64,000 bases of DNA from Chloroflexia bacterium (GTDB taxonomy: Bacteria > Chloroflexota > Chloroflexia > DTKN01). The stretch is taken from the NCBI GenBank assembly GCA_034433695.1, contig DAOUAK010000038.1, positions 2,758-66,757 on the forward strand, given 5' to 3'. Below, in pieces: positions 22,099 to 32,997 of this stretch (positions within the stretch are counted from its first letter, which is position 1; each line of letters begins with the position of its first letter). Both the position numbers and the translations under genes were made by a program. A model generated the notes under the pieces. The model searched no databases and was not told the origin of the DNA. It worked only from the letters and a program-made list of their open reading frames with translations.

Positions 22099-25000
22099 GC
22101 CAAAGGGGTAATCGATGAGGTACTCCAGGCCGTCCAGAAGGGCGTTCACCACCGAGGGCGAAAGGCGGATCTCCAGCGTGGTCACCTCGGGAATCGCCTT
22201 CTCCGGCAAGACGATGCGCTCGATGTGTTCGCCCTGGAATTCCCCGGCCCACGTTTCCACCCGGGGCACGGCAAAGGGGCGCACCGGAATCGCGTACTGG
22301 ACGGCATCGCTCAGGCCCCCGCCCCGGGCGTAGGCGGTGACGGTGACGGCGCCCAGGGTGCCGGCTTCCAGGGCCCAATGGAGTGGGGCCGTTTCCCCGG
22401 CGGCCAGGCTTAGCGTCTGGGTAAGCGGGCTATGGAGGGCCAGACCCTGGGGAAGCAGGCCGGCCTGGAGGGATAGAGGACCTTCGCTGTAGTTATGCAA
22501 CGTGGCGGTCAGGGTGAAGGTATCGCCCTGGATGAGGAAGCGGGGGACGGCCGGCCGGATGACCAGCGGCTGGGTGACGGTGAGCGCCACCGTCCCCTCG
22601 CCCAGGCGCGTATCCACGGTGACGGCGCGGGCCAGCAGCCGCCAGCGGGTGAGCGAATCGGGCAGGCGCAACGTCACGACGGCCCGACCTTCGGCATCGG
22701 TCAGGATGCGGGGGTTCCAGTAGGCCGTATCGGGAAAATGGCGGCGCGGGTTGCCCACGTCAATGCCGTCGCCTCCACCGCCCCTCTCCGCCCCACCGAG
22801 TTCCCGCACCGGCTTGAGGGAGTGATAGGTGCGCACCAGGTTCGTCCGGCGGCTGTAGAAAGCCTCGAAGGGGTCCTGTGCCAGGTCCTGGGAAAGGGCG
22901 TAAATGGCCTCATCCACCACGGCCAGGGAAAGTTCGGCCTGCACCGGCCGGCCGGCTACATCGGTTACCTGAATGACGATTTCGGCCTCCTCCCGAGGCG
23001 CGTAGGTCGGGCGCTGCGGGGTAAGGGTCACCCGCAGGCGGCGCTCCTCCGGCGGAACGGCAAGTTCGGTACTGGCGATCAGGAGTTCGGCATCGGGGAT
23101 ACTGGTGTAACTCCAGTGGTCGAGCGGCTGGTTCGTCGGCCGGTAAATCTGCACCGTGACGAAAATGTTGGGGACAAAGTCGGCCTCCACGGGCAGGGTG
23201 ATGGCGGTGACGGTTCCGCTCAACTCCACCGGCTGCATCCGCCGCACCCGACCGCGCTCCAGGGTCAGGAGGGCCGTGCCGGTCACCGGCGAATGCACCA
23301 GAAGCCGGGCCGTCTCGCCCACAGTATAAGAGGATTTGTCGGCGCTGATGCTCAGGCCTCCGCCCTGCCCCCAGTCGACCCAGGGCGTAGCACCGGTGGG
23401 GTCATAGACCCAGATCCAATCCTCCAGTTCCTTTTCCCCCTGCACCAACACCCGGAACCACCCCTGCCGATCCACACGCAGGGGGAGGCGAGCCTGGCCG
23501 GAAGCACCGGTGACGAGTTCTCCCTGGGCCACGGGGACGTATTTCTCTCCATCCCAGTGGTAGATGCCGCCTTGGAGCCGGGCGCCGGCCACTGGCCTTC
23601 CCAGGTAATCGTGCACTACCACCTCCAGAGGAATCTCCTCCCCAGGCGAGTAAATATGGCGTCCCAAGAGCAAGGCGGCACCCTGCGGGTTTCGGTATAC
23701 CTCCACCAGGGCATGGCCGCTGACCGACTGACCGCTTCCGTCCTCCACCGTGGCCTCCAGGTCGAGGCGGGAAAGGTCGGGCGACCACCAGGAGTATTCG
23801 GCTATCCGGGCCGGGATACGCACCACCCAGCGCCCCTGGGCATCGGTAGTGCCGCCATAGTCCCCCTCCCGGTACAATTGGGCCCAGCAGTCGGAGGCAT
23901 CCATCCCGCATTCCCATTCACCGTAGGCCTGCTTGTAGACGGTCAGTTTGACCGGGGCTCCGGTCACAGGCCGGCCGAAATAGTACTGGGCCTCCACGGT
24001 CACCGTGATCGTCTCGCTCAGGAGGTAGCGCCCGCGGTCGGTCGTCACGGTGACCTGATAATCGGGCTTGCGGTACTCTTCCACCTTGAGCGCCTGGCGG
24101 GTAACCTCTTCGCCCACGACCACCTCGACGTTATAGGTGCCCAGCGTTCCACCTTCGGCCAGGGCAAAAGAGGTGTAGGCGGTGCCGAATTCGTTCAAAG
24201 GAAGCACCTGGGTGGCCAGAACGTTATCGCGGGCATCGCGCAGGCGCACGGTGATCGGGGTGCCGGCCGGGGGCAGGGAGTAGAGGGCATCGTCATCGTT
24301 GCGGACGACAGCGCGGACGTGGACCGTCTGGCCGGGCCGGTAGATAGGGCGGTCGGTATAGACATAGACGCGGAAAAGCCGGCCGGTAGGCGGGTTGGTG
24401 AGCCAGCCGCGCCAGGACCACCAGCCGCCCTGGGCATCCCACTCCGGCCCAAAGCCGCAGAGCGTCGTTTCGCCCTCCACCTCTCCCAGGGCGAGGAGCG
24501 GGTCGGTATCCCCCCCTACCGTTATCTCGAAGCGGCCCTGCTCCTCGGTCATACCCTGGCCGTAGAGCCGGCCGGAGCGGTCGTAGAGACGCACCACCAT
24601 GCCAGGGCGGGGCTGACCGGTGGAGATGCGCGTGGCGTACCCGGCCACCTGATGCTGGGCGGTGGTGCCGAGGCCGGTGGAGGCTTCCTTGAGGAGGAGG
24701 GTATAATGGGTCAGCACGACGATCAGGCGGTCGCCGTGGCCGGTGGAGGCTTGGGGGGCCAGGACATAGAGGCCGGGAGGAAGGTCGGCCGGGAGGGTCA
24801 CCTCCCTGTCCGTCTCCTCGGCTCTCCACTGGCGCACGATGGGCAATCCTTCGATGGAGATGACCACCGGGCTCTTGAGGGAGGAGGTATAGTCGGCCAG
24901 GAGGCGTTCCATCGGGAGTTGATAGAGGACAAAGATGGGAGGACAGGAGGCCGAATCCCAGCGCTCGTACTGGATACGGCGGGGGCCGGCGGCATCCATA

Positions 25001-26103
25001 ATCTGAATGTTGGGTCCGTAGCCAAAGTTCACCGCGGTCTGCCGGTAGTCGACCCGAAAGTTCCAGCGGAGCGGCTTCCGCAGGAGCGGGCTACCGTCGG
25101 CAGCACGGGCAGAAGGTTCCAGAAGCACCTGGTAGGTCTCCGAAGAAAGCTCCCCCGAAGGAACAAAGCGCAGGGCGGTTTTCTCCCATTCGAAGGTGCC
25201 GGCGAGGGTAGGGGTGATATGGAAGGCGGCCTCGACGCTGGCGTGGTCGGGTTCCCGGTCGAAGGTGATGCCGATGGTGCTGCAGGGCGAGGCCTTTCCT
25301 TTGGGGAAAACATCCACCACCCGCGAACGAGTGGTAAAGGTCCAGTGCAGCGGTTTCGCCAGGGTCATTATTCCGGCTTCATCCCGTGCCCCGGCATCCA
25401 GGGTGAGGGTATAGGTCGTCTCCACCTCCCAGCCATCTTCCGGCTCCAGAAGCAAGGTTCCTTTCGACCAGGAGAGGCGGTAGGGCGTCGCCGGCTCCAG
25501 GTGCAGGGCCTGTTCGATGGAGCGTGCGTCGACCGGATAGGGGAAGGAGAGAGATAGAGGGGCATCGGGATCGCGCCCCTGGGAGGCCCCGAGAAAGGTG
25601 GCAAAGGGCTGGGTGGTGAAGATGAGGCGAGGCGAGTTCCGGGCGCTGCGCACCTCGAGGATGTAGCGGGTTGCCGGTAGCCAGGCGGGGATGGGGGTCA
25701 GGGCCAGGGAACGTTCGTCCACGATCGTCCGGCGCAGGGGCACGCTCGGCGAGATCACGATCCGCACCGTCCTCGGGTCGATGGGGCGGTCGAAGGTGAG
25801 GACGAGAGAAGCCTGCAAGTGGGATGGGATCGGCCCGGTGCTTGTCAGGGGCGGAGATTTGCCCGGGGCGAAATCCTCCTGGAGGCGTTCCTCCACGAAC
25901 GCCCACCAGCTGATGGCCGGTGGGACGGGGGTAGGGGTAGGGGCCGGCGTGGATGTGGGGGACGGGGTAGACGTCGGGGAGGCGGTTGGGAGTGGAGGAG
26001 GCGGAGCGGCCGTCTCCCAGACGGCCGGCAGGAGCACCAGAAACAGAAGGAGCAGGAAGCCGAGAAACGGAACGGGCGCGATCAGACGGATGGACCCTTT
26101 CAT
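22096..26103 (-). CDS. Alpha-2-macroglobulin family protein, N-terminal fragment (macroglobulin domains), ending at the TGA
   Basis: ATG 26103 follows AGGAGGTG. The protein has a TM/signal anchor, a Pro/Thr/Ser linker and many MG-like beta-sandwich repeats. It ends with the ...LEYLIDYPFG motif immediately before the thioester site. Confidence 0.85.
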   Translation of the reverse strand: MKGSIRLIAPVPFLGFLLLLFLVLLPAVWETAAPPPPLPTASPTSTPSPTSTPAPTPTPVPPAISWWAFVEERLQEDFAPGKSPPLTSTGPIPSHLQASLVLTFDRPIDPRTVRIVISPSVPLRRTIVDERSLALTPIPAWLPATRYILEVRSARNSPRLIFTTQPFATFLGASQGRDPDAPLSLSFPYPVDARSIEQALHLEPATPYRLSWSKGTLLLEPEDGWEVETTYTLTLDAGARDEAGIMTLAKPLHWTFTTRSRVVDVFPKGKASPCSTIGITFDREPDHASVEAAFHITPTLAGTFEWEKTALRFVPSGELSSETYQVLLEPSARAADGSPLLRKPLRWNFRVDYRQTAVNFGYGPNIQIMDAAGPRRIQYERWDSASCPPIFVLYQLPMERLLADYTSSLKSPVVISIEGLPIVRQWRAEETDREVTLPADLPPGLYVLAPQASTGHGDRLIVVLTHYTLLLKEASTGLGTTAQHQVAGYATRISTGQPRPGMVVRLYDRSGRLYGQGMTEEQGRFEITVGGDTDPLLALGEVEGETTLCGFGPEWDAQGGWWSWRGWLTNPPTGRLFRVYVYTDRPIYRPGQTVHVRAVVRNDDDALYSLPPAGTPITVRLRDARDNVLATQVLPLNEFGTAYTSFALAEGGTLGTYNVEVVVGEEVTRQALKVEEYRKPDYQVTVTTDRGRYLLSETITVTVEAQYYFGRPVTGAPVKLTVYKQAYGEWECGMDASDCWAQLYREGDYGGTTDAQGRWVVRIPARIAEYSWWSPDLSRLDLEATVEDGSGQSVSGHALVEVYRNPQGAALLLGRHIYSPGEEIPLEVVVHDYLGRPVAGARLQGGIYHWDGEKYVPVAQGELVTGASGQARLPLRVDRQGWFRVLVQGEKELEDWIWVYDPTGATPWVDWGQGGGLSISADKSSYTVGETARLLVHSPVTGTALLTLERGRVRRMQPVELSGTVTAITLPVEADFVPNIFVTVQIYRPTNQPLDHWSYTSIPDAELLIASTELAVPPEERRLRVTLTPQRPTYAPREEAEIVIQVTDVAGRPVQAELSLAVVDEAIYALSQDLAQDPFEAFYSRRTNLVRTYHSLKPVRELGGAERGGGGDGIDVGNPRRHFPDTAYWNPRILTDAEGRAVVTLRLPDSLTRWRLLARAVTVDTRLGEGTVALTVTQPLVIRPAVPRFLIQGDTFTLTATLHNYSEGPLSLQAGLLPQGLALHSPLTQTLSLAAGETAPLHWALEAGTLGAVTVTAYARGGGLSDAVQYAIPVRPFAVPRVETWAGEFQGEHIERIVLPEKAIPEVTTLEIRLSPSVVNALLDGLEYLIDYPFG

Positions 26104-26240
26104 CGTGCACCTCCTGGACAACTCCGGTGAGACCTTTGCCCTCATGTTACATCCGAAGTCATCCCGAGGGCCGACGTCAGGGGATTTGTTGGCCTACGTT
26201 TGTTCGACGCCAGGTAGACGGGGGCGTAAGGGAACGGCTT

Positions 26241-27182
26241 TCAAGAGGATGGCCAGCGCCAGGGTTCGTCCAGCAGGTGCACCTCCACCGTCTCGATGCC
26301 GTCCAGGCCTCGCAGGGCCCGGCGCACCTGCTCGGTGAGGTAGCCGGCCAGGGGGCAGGTAGGGCTGGTGAGCACCATATCTACCTCGGCCCGTCTTCCC
26401 TCCACCCGCACGTCGCGGATCAGTCCCATCTCCACCAAATTGCCTCCGACCTCGGGGTCGGGGATGCCGCGCAGGGCCTCCCAGGCCCGGGCCCGGACCT
26501 CGTCGGGCGGGGCAGGAGGAGAGAGGGGCGAGACACCGACCAGGGCCTCTTCCAGGGCACGTACCCGCTCTTCCAGCCGGCTGTAACGCTCCAGCACCTG
26601 GCTGAGGGCCTGCATCACCGGGTCGGGCAGGCGGCCGTGCTCCAGGTAGCCGGTGAGGTCGGCCGGTTCCCGGGGACCGGCCAGCCGGGCCGGCACCCCC
26701 ACCACCGTGGCCCCGGCCGGCACCGACCGCACCACCACCGAACCGGCCCCGATGCGGGCATCGTCCCCCACGGTGATCGGCCCCAGGAGGATGGCCCCGG
26801 CCCCGATGACCACCCGGTTGCCCACCGTCGGATGACGCTTGGTCTTCTGCAGGCTGGTCCCGCCCAGGACGACCCCCTGGTAGAGGAGCACATCGTCGCC
26901 CACCTCGGCCGTCTCTCCGATCACCACCCCCATGCCGTGGTCAATGAAGCAGCGCCGGCCAATCTTGGCTCCGGGGTGGATCTCCACGCCGGTCAGGAAG
27001 CGGTTGAAATGGGAAAGCAGTCGCCCCAGGAATTTGAAGCCGTGCCGCCAGAGGAAATGGGCCAGACGGTGCAACCAGATGGCATGGAGGCCCGGGTAGG
27101 TAAAGAGGACCTCCCAGACCGTGCGGGCGGCGGGGTCTTTGGCAAAGGCGGTGGCGATGTCCTCGCGCAGCATACGGAACAT
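26241..27182 (-). CDS. cysE: Serine O-acetyltransferase fused to a C-terminal DUF59 (SufT/MIP18-like) domain
   Basis: The N-terminal 175 aa or so are CysE-like with hexapeptide repeats ([38 protein letters not shown]...). A coiled linker follows. The C-terminus [43 protein letters not shown] is typical of DUF59. Confidence 0.8.
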   Translation of the reverse strand: MFRMLREDIATAFAKDPAARTVWEVLFTYPGLHAIWLHRLAHFLWRHGFKFLGRLLSHFNRFLTGVEIHPGAKIGRRCFIDHGMGVVIGETAEVGDDVLLYQGVVLGGTSLQKTKRHPTVGNRVVIGAGAILLGPITVGDDARIGAGSVVVRSVPAGATVVGVPARLAGPREPADLTGYLEHGRLPDPVMQALSQVLERYSRLEERVRALEEALVGVSPLSPPAPPDEVRARAWEALRGIPDPEVGGNLVEMGLIRDVRVEGRRAEVDMVLTSPTCPLAGYLTEQVRRALRGLDGIETVEVHLLDEPWRWPSS

Positions 27183-27198
27183 TTCGCGCTCCTGGGGA

Positions 27199-28125
27199 CT
27201 AATCCCCGAAGAGGTCGGTGCTCAGGTAGCGCTCCCCGGTATCGGGGAGGACGACGACGATGAGGGCCCCCGCGTTTTCCGGCCGGCCGGCCACCTGAAG
27301 GGCGGCATGTGCCGCCGCTCCGGAGGAGATGCCGCAGAGGATGCCCTCCTCGCGGGCCAGGCGGCGGGCCATGGCGATGGCTTCCTCGTCCTGGACCCGG
27401 ATAATCTCATCCACCAGGTCCAGGCGCAACACCTCGGGGATGAAGCCGGCCCCGATGCCCTGAATTCGGTGGGAACCCCGTTGGCCGCCCGAAAGGACCG
27501 GAGAGCGGGCCGGCTCGACGGCGATGGCCCGGAAGGAGGGTTTGCGGGCCTTGATGACCTCGGCCACGCCGGTGATCGTCCCTCCCGTGCCCACGCCGGC
27601 CACCAGGATGTCCACCTGGCCGTCGGTATCGCGCCAGATCTCCTCGGCGGTGGTGCGGCGGTGGACGGCGGGATTGGCCGGGTTGCGGAACTGCTGGGGG
27701 ATAAAGTAACGCGGGTCCTGGGCGGCCAGTTCCTCGGCCCGGCGCACGGCCCCGGGCATCCCTTCATCCCCCGGCGTCAGGATGAGTTCGGCCCCTAGGG
27801 CCCGAAGCAGCCGGCGGCGCTCCAGGCTCATCGTCTCCGGCATCGTCAGCACCAGGCGGTAGCCGCGGGCGGCGCAGACCATGGCCAGGGCGATGCCGGT
27901 GTTGCCGCTGGTCGGCTCCAGGATGATCGTGTCGGGTCCGATGAGGCCGGCCTGCTCGGCAGCCTCGATCATGCTCAACCCGATGCGATCCTTCACACTG
28001 GAACAGGGGTTGAACGACTCCAACTTGGCCAGAACGGTGGCCCCAAGCCCCCGGGCGACACGGTTCAGGCGCACCAAGGGGGTGTTGCCGATCGTCTCGG
28101 TGATATCCCTGTAGATCCGACCCAT
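27199..28125 (-). CDS. cysK: Cysteine synthase A (O-acetylserine sulfhydrylase)
   Basis: ATG 28125 follows GGAGGA. Motifs: [21 protein letters not shown], the PLP-Lys region [12 protein letters not shown], and GTGGTITG. Confidence 0.9.
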   Translation of the reverse strand: MGRIYRDITETIGNTPLVRLNRVARGLGATVLAKLESFNPCSSVKDRIGLSMIEAAEQAGLIGPDTIILEPTSGNTGIALAMVCAARGYRLVLTMPETMSLERRRLLRALGAELILTPGDEGMPGAVRRAEELAAQDPRYFIPQQFRNPANPAVHRRTTAEEIWRDTDGQVDILVAGVGTGGTITGVAEVIKARKPSFRAIAVEPARSPVLSGGQRGSHRIQGIGAGFIPEVLRLDLVDEIIRVQDEEAIAMARRLAREEGILCGISSGAAAHAALQVAGRPENAGALIVVVLPDTGERYLSTDLFGD

Positions 28126-28180
28126 CGCTTTCCTCCGGAAGGTCCTCCAATCTGCCAATCCACTCCTCGAGGAAGGAGTA

Positions 28181-29968
28181 CTAATCCACCGTCAGCGTCT
28201 TGCTCAGATTGCGGGGAAAATCCGGGTCATAGCCCCGGGCCACGCTCAGGCGGTAGGCCAGGAGTTGCAGCGGAAGTACGGCCAGGAGGGGATTGAAGAG
28301 CGGGCCGGCCGAAGGCAGCACGATCAGGTCGTGGGCATTGGAGCGCAAGCGGGGGTCCTCTTCCCCGATGGCGATGGCCCGTCCGCCCCGACAGACCATC
28401 TCGTTGATGCCGCTGACCAGGAGGGGCACGTCTTCCGGGCCGGCCACAAAGAGCACGGCATAATCGTCCTGCACTGCCGAGAGGGGACCGTGCTTGAACT
28501 CGGTGGAAAGCATCCCCTCGCAGTGGGCGTAGGTAATCTCTTTCATCTTCAAGGCCCCCTCCAGGGCGATGGGATAGGTCAGGCCGTAGCCCAGACAATA
28601 GAGGTCATCCCGTTTCTCCAGGATCGGTTCCAGGGGGGCGATCTGCGGTTCCACCCGGGCAATCGTCTCTTCGAGCAGGTCGGGGAGGGCGTCCAGTTCC
28701 CCGGTGGAATGGCCGCCCAGACGCAGGGCGAGGAAAAGGAAGGCCACCGCCTGGTTCATAAAGGTCTTGGTGGCCGGCACGCTGATCTCATAGCCGCAGG
28801 CCAGGGGAAGGTAGCATTCGCTTTCGTGGCGCAGGGTGGAGCCGAGCACGTTGACCAGGGCCAGCCGGCCCATCCCCCGCTTCCGAGCCGCCTCCAGGGC
28901 GTTCAGCACGTCCTTGGTCTCCCCACTCTGGCTGACAAAGACCCCCACATCCTCCGGCCCTATGGCGTTGCCATACTGGGCGATGAATTGGGGGGCCAGG
29001 ATGGGGACGGCCGGCCGTCTGGCCAGCCGACCCAGATAGATGGCCCCCAGGAGACAGGCATGGTAACTGCTGCCGCAGCCGATCAGGTAGAGGTGATCGG
29101 CCCGGGCAATCCGCTCCACCATCGGTGCTACAAAGGGCGAGGCCTGGAGGAGGTGGAGGAGTTCCCGTACCCGCACCGGCTGCTCGTGAATTTCCTTCAG
29201 CATAAAGTGGGGATACCCCTCCTTCGTAGCCGCCTCGATGCTCTCGGTCACCCATTCCGGCTCCCGTTCCACCCGGCTGCCGTCCTCCACCTGGCGCAGT
29301 TCCACCCGATCGGGCCACAGGATAACGATCTCGCCGTCCTGCACCCGCAAGATGCGGCGGGTCAACGGCAGGATGGAGGGAAGGTCGGAGGAAACGCAGG
29401 TGGCCCAATCGGCCAGGCCGACCGCCAGGCTGGAGCCTTTCTTCAGAGCGTAGAGGCAGTCCTCGCCCATCCGGCCGATGACAAAGGCATAATCCCCGGC
29501 CAGGTCGTTATAGGCGCGGCGGATGGCCTCCACCATGTCATAGCCCCGATTCACATAGCGCTCCACGGCGTGGACGCACGACTCGCCGTCGTTGGTGGAG
29601 CGGACGATCATCCCCTCGGCCATGAATTCCAGGCGCAGTTCGACGTTGTTGACCACGTTGCCGTTGTGGGCACCGACCATATCGCCATCCGAGTCCAGGT
29701 GAGGCTGGGCGTTGGCCTGGGAGGGAGCGCCGAAGGTGGCCCAGCGGAGTTGCAGGATGCCCCGCCGACCGGCCATCTCGGCAAAGTTCAGCCGTTCGGC
29801 CACCTCGTCCACCCGCCCCACGTCCTTGCGGAGGTCAATGCCCTCGTCATCCAGGGTGGCACAGCCGACCGAATCATAGCCCCGGTAGGAGAGGCGCCGG
29901 CCGGCCTCGATGAGGATCGGCCCTAACGTCCGCCGATGATCGGTGACAATGCCAAAGATGCCGCACAT
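28181..29968 (-). CDS. glmS: Glutamine--fructose-6-phosphate aminotransferase (isomerising)
   Basis: N-terminal nucleophile MCGIFG, a GATase-2 domain, two SIS domains, and C-terminus ...NLSKTLTVD. Confidence 0.85.
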   Translation of the reverse strand: MCGIFGIVTDHRRTLGPILIEAGRRLSYRGYDSVGCATLDDEGIDLRKDVGRVDEVAERLNFAEMAGRRGILQLRWATFGAPSQANAQPHLDSDGDMVGAHNGNVVNNVELRLEFMAEGMIVRSTNDGESCVHAVERYVNRGYDMVEAIRRAYNDLAGDYAFVIGRMGEDCLYALKKGSSLAVGLADWATCVSSDLPSILPLTRRILRVQDGEIVILWPDRVELRQVEDGSRVEREPEWVTESIEAATKEGYPHFMLKEIHEQPVRVRELLHLLQASPFVAPMVERIARADHLYLIGCGSSYHACLLGAIYLGRLARRPAVPILAPQFIAQYGNAIGPEDVGVFVSQSGETKDVLNALEAARKRGMGRLALVNVLGSTLRHESECYLPLACGYEISVPATKTFMNQAVAFLFLALRLGGHSTGELDALPDLLEETIARVEPQIAPLEPILEKRDDLYCLGYGLTYPIALEGALKMKEITYAHCEGMLSTEFKHGPLSAVQDDYAVLFVAGPEDVPLLVSGINEMVCRGGRAIAIGEEDPRLRSNAHDLIVLPSAGPLFNPLLAVLPLQLLAYRLSVARGYDPDFPRNLSKTLTVD

Positions 29969-30039
29969 ACCGCCCTCCTTTTTGGCCTAGTGTACCACCC
30001 CGGCCCGATTCCGTCAAACCCAACTCCCTCCAGCACGGT

Positions 30040-30068
30040 TTGTATATCCGGGAGAGGCATAGTATAAT
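30040..30068 (+). promoter_or_regulatory. Sigma-70-type promoter candidate for the 30167 operon
   Basis: TTGTAT (30040-30045), a 17-nt spacer, then TATAAT (30063-30068), inside an AT-rich island within GC-rich DNA. Confidence 0.55.
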
Positions 30069-30166
30069 GGAAACGATAACGTCCAGGGTCAGGTCCAGAG
30101 AGGAGCGCGGTTGGAACATCGAGACCCTCTCGAAGAGGGCCGGCCCCATCGGAGCCATTTCCGGCC

Positions 30167-32227
30167 ATGCAGAAGCAACCTTCACCCATTTTCCGCCCGA
30201 TCGCTACCCTGGGGAACGTCCTCCGCCGGGAGGTCCACCTCCTGGGACAGACCCTGGGCGATCCTTTCCTGGGCCTTTTGCTTCTGGGAACGGTTCTCCT
30301 GACCTTTCTGGCCGGCCAGGCCTTTCCCCCTTTCCGATTGGACGTCGGCGAGCAGCCGGATGAGGTCTACCTGAGCGGTTTTTACGAGCCGGAGAAGGCG
30401 GCCGGGGAGTCTTTCCGCTGGAGCACGGGAGAGGGTCGGCTGGACATTCCGGCCTCGGGCATGGTCCCCCTTCGCCTCGACCTGCGCCTCTCTGCCCCCA
30501 GGCCGGCCGAAGTTCCCCCACCACGCCTGAGCCTGGCCGGGAACGGCCACCTCCTCCTGGAGACAACCGTTGCCCCCGCTCCCCGGATTTACTCCCTTCT
30601 TCTTCCGGCGGAGGCCTCTTCCTTGGGAAATCTGGAGTTACGGTGGCGCAGCGAAACGTTCTCCCCGGGTGAAAGCGATCCTCGGGTATTGGGATTTGCG
30701 CTAGATCACCTGGAGATATGGCGGGTGGGCCGGCCGCTCGTCCTCCTCCCTCCCGAAGTCTACCTCTGTTCCCTTGCCACGGTCTTCTTGGCCGTGCTTC
30801 TGGCGCGGCGGCTGGGCTGGCCACGCCCGGGTGCCCTGGGCGTGGGGTTCGTCTGCGCCCTGGCGCTGGCCGCGGCCCTGGCCTGGGCCCGCCCGCTCCT
30901 GGCACCGGGCCTGCCTTTCCTCCCCCTGGCCCTGGCCTGCTCCTGGCTCTTCCACGCCCTCCTCCGGCGGCCGTTCGAGCGTTGCTTCGTCCGCCTGGGG
31001 GGCGGACTGCCCCTTTTCGCTGAGCGCGCCCTCTGGAGCACGGCGCTTTTCTTTCTGGCCGTGCGTCTGGCCGGCTGCCTTCACCCGGCGATGGAAACAT
31101 GGGACCTCTGCTTCCACTTCCACCGCCTTCAGGATGTGGCCCGGGGCGAACCTTTCTTCACCATCACCTCCGGGGAATGGCGGGGCTTGCAGACTCTCTA
31201 CCTGCCCTCGTTCTACGTCGTCCTGGCCCCCCTCTGGGCCGTCTTCGGCGGCCGGCTGGTGCCGCTCCAGGTCGCCGCCGTCCTTCTGGATACCTCGTCT
31301 GCCCTTCTGGTAGCCTACCTGTCCTGCCGGTTGCTGGGGAGGAAGGCGACCTGGCCGGCCGCCTTCCTTTACCTGACCATGCCGCAGTCCTCCATCATCT
31401 TCTCCTGGGGCATCGTAGCCAACATCTTCGGTCAGTGGCTTTTCTTGCTCCTGCTGGCCTTTTTCTTTTCCCCGGCCGGGAGGCTATCCCGCCGGCCGGC
31501 CTGGCTTTTGGCCGCGGGACTCCTGACGCTGGTGTGGCTTTCCCACCCCGGCACGGTCCTTCTGACGGCCGTCCTGCTGGGCGGCCTGCTTTTCCTGGCC
31601 CGGTTTTTCCCCGAGGGCCAAGGCCTTCCCCGGCCGGCCGTGGGGCGCTGGGTTGGGGTGGCGTTGGGGGCGCTGGCGCTTGTTACGGCGCTCTACTACA
31701 GCCACTTTGCCCCGACGATGTGGGCGGCGCTCCAGGAGATGGGGCAGGGAAGCAATCTGGAGCAGCCCCGCCATGGGGGAATCCTCATCCGTGGGCCGGT
31801 TACAGACCCCGACCTGGGCCTGCGGGCGGTCGAGGTCCAGGGTTGGGGACAGGCCATCCTGGCCGGAGCGGAAGAAGTGGCCGCCGAGGCCCGGGCTTAC
31901 TACGATGTCTGGCCACTTCTCCTGGCTCTGGCCGCGTTGCCCGGCCTGGCCTGGCAGCGGCGAGTTCCTGCCGTCCGGCTGCTGGGGCTGGCCTTTACAA
32001 CGGCCCTGTTTTTTGCTATGATTGGGTTGGTCTGGAATCTGTATGTGCGGTACATGTACTTTCTGCTGCCCTTTGTGGCGCTGGGAGGGGCCTGGTGGCC
32101 GGCCCACTGGAGCCGGCGTGGCCTGGCCGGCCGGTTGACGGCGCTCCTTACGGGGCTTTATTTGCTCTTCTTGGGGCTATCTTTCTGGGCCGGCCATGTG
32201 CTCTATTACTCGGCCGGTTGCCGTTGA
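30167..32227 (+). CDS. Polytopic membrane protein, putative GT-C-fold (family 39/83-like) glycosyltransferase
   Basis: 686 aa with at least 10 hydrophobic segments. It is followed directly by a polyprenyl-phosphate-type GT2. The family assignment is tentative. Confidence 0.55.
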   Translation: MQKQPSPIFRPIATLGNVLRREVHLLGQTLGDPFLGLLLLGTVLLTFLAGQAFPPFRLDVGEQPDEVYLSGFYEPEKAAGESFRWSTGEGRLDIPASGMVPLRLDLRLSAPRPAEVPPPRLSLAGNGHLLLETTVAPAPRIYSLLLPAEASSLGNLELRWRSETFSPGESDPRVLGFALDHLEIWRVGRPLVLLPPEVYLCSLATVFLAVLLARRLGWPRPGALGVGFVCALALAAALAWARPLLAPGLPFLPLALACSWLFHALLRRPFERCFVRLGGGLPLFAERALWSTALFFLAVRLAGCLHPAMETWDLCFHFHRLQDVARGEPFFTITSGEWRGLQTLYLPSFYVVLAPLWAVFGGRLVPLQVAAVLLDTSSALLVAYLSCRLLGRKATWPAAFLYLTMPQSSIIFSWGIVANIFGQWLFLLLLAFFFSPAGRLSRRPAWLLAAGLLTLVWLSHPGTVLLTAVLLGGLLFLARFFPEGQGLPRPAVGRWVGVALGALALVTALYYSHFAPTMWAALQEMGQGSNLEQPRHGGILIRGPVTDPDLGLRAVEVQGWGQAILAGAEEVAAEARAYYDVWPLLLALAALPGLAWQRRVPAVRLLGLAFTTALFFAMIGLVWNLYVRYMYFLLPFVALGGAWWPAHWSRRGLAGRLTALLTGLYLLFLGLSFWAGHVLYYSAGCR

Positions 32228-32237
32228 GGAGTTCCCG

Positions 32238-32942
32238 GTGGAAACGTTCCGCCGCCTGAGCATCGTCATCCCGGTCTATAACGAGCGCGATCGGGTCGGT
32301 CGGGTCATCGAAAAGGTCCTCCAGGCCGATACTTTGGGGCTGGAAAAAGAACTCATCATCGTAGACGACGGCTCCACCGACGGCACGCGCCAGGCGCTTG
32401 CGGCCTATGAGGGGCTGGAGAACGTGCGCATCTTCTACCAGGAACGCAACCAGGGCAAAGCGGCGGCCCTGCGCCGGGGCTTTGCCGAGGTCAGCGGAGA
32501 AATCGTCCTCGTCCAGGACGCCGACCTGGAATACGACCCGGAGAACTACCCGGCCCTGCTCCGCCCGATTCTGGAGGACAAGGCCGATGTCGTCTACGGC
32601 TCGCGCTTCCTGGGCGGTCCCCATCGGGTGCTCTTTTTCTGGCATTCTGTGGCGAATAAGATTCTCACCACCCTATCCAACATGTTCACCAATCTGAACC
32701 TGACCGACATGGAGACCGGTTACAAGGTCTTTCGCACGGAGGTCCTGCGTCGCCTCCGGTTACGCTCCAGCCGCTTCGGCTTCGAGCCGGAAGTCACGGC
32801 CAAGGTCGCCCGGCTGGGCTGCCGCATCTATGAAACGCCTATCTCCTACTACGGCCGCACCTATGCCGAAGGAAAAAAGATCGGCTGGAAGGATGCGTTC
32901 CAGGCCGTCTACTGCATTATCCGCTACGCCTTCTGGGATTAG
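32238..32942 (+). CDS. Glycosyltransferase family 2 (polyprenyl-phosphate glycosyltransferase, DPM1/ArnC-like)
   Basis: GTG 32238 lies 7 nt after GAGGAG. Motifs: [30 protein letters not shown]. Confidence 0.8.
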   Translation: METFRRLSIVIPVYNERDRVGRVIEKVLQADTLGLEKELIIVDDGSTDGTRQALAAYEGLENVRIFYQERNQGKAAALRRGFAEVSGEIVLVQDADLEYDPENYPALLRPILEDKADVVYGSRFLGGPHRVLFFWHSVANKILTTLSNMFTNLNLTDMETGYKVFRTEVLRRLRLRSSRFGFEPEVTAKVARLGCRIYETPISYYGRTYAEGKKIGWKDAFQAVYCIIRYAFWD

Positions 32943-32997
32943 CGTTGCGGCCCTGTTCGCACCGGGTATTCTGCAACACGAAACACGGATCACGAAC

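Noticed and set aside
22495-25557. A 1020-aa plus-strand ORF antisense to the A2M gene. The same applies to 15896-18262 (antisense to GH35) and to 12301-13629, 14474-15859, 9284-10345, 37654-38895 and 38682-40124.
   Set aside because: This is the same shadow-ORF effect. The opposite strand carries the motif-bearing protein in every case, and these translations look like GC-skew artefacts.
25930-26000. Repetitive DNA encoding PTSTPSPTSTPAPTPTPVPP in the A2M N-terminus. A similar Pro/Thr/Ala linker occurs at 100-190 in the first SBP.
   Set aside because: These are low-complexity linker-coding sequences typical of secreted or anchored proteins. They are not repeat elements or mobile DNA.
29969-30166. 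A possible glmS ribozyme in the 5' UTR of glmS (minus strand).
   Set aside because: I reverse-complemented the region and looked for the conserved core (AGCGCCAGAACU..., GUUGACGAGG..., cleavage-site context). Only a vague GUUUGACGGAAUCGGG resemblance is present. An Infernal scan with RF00234 would settle it.
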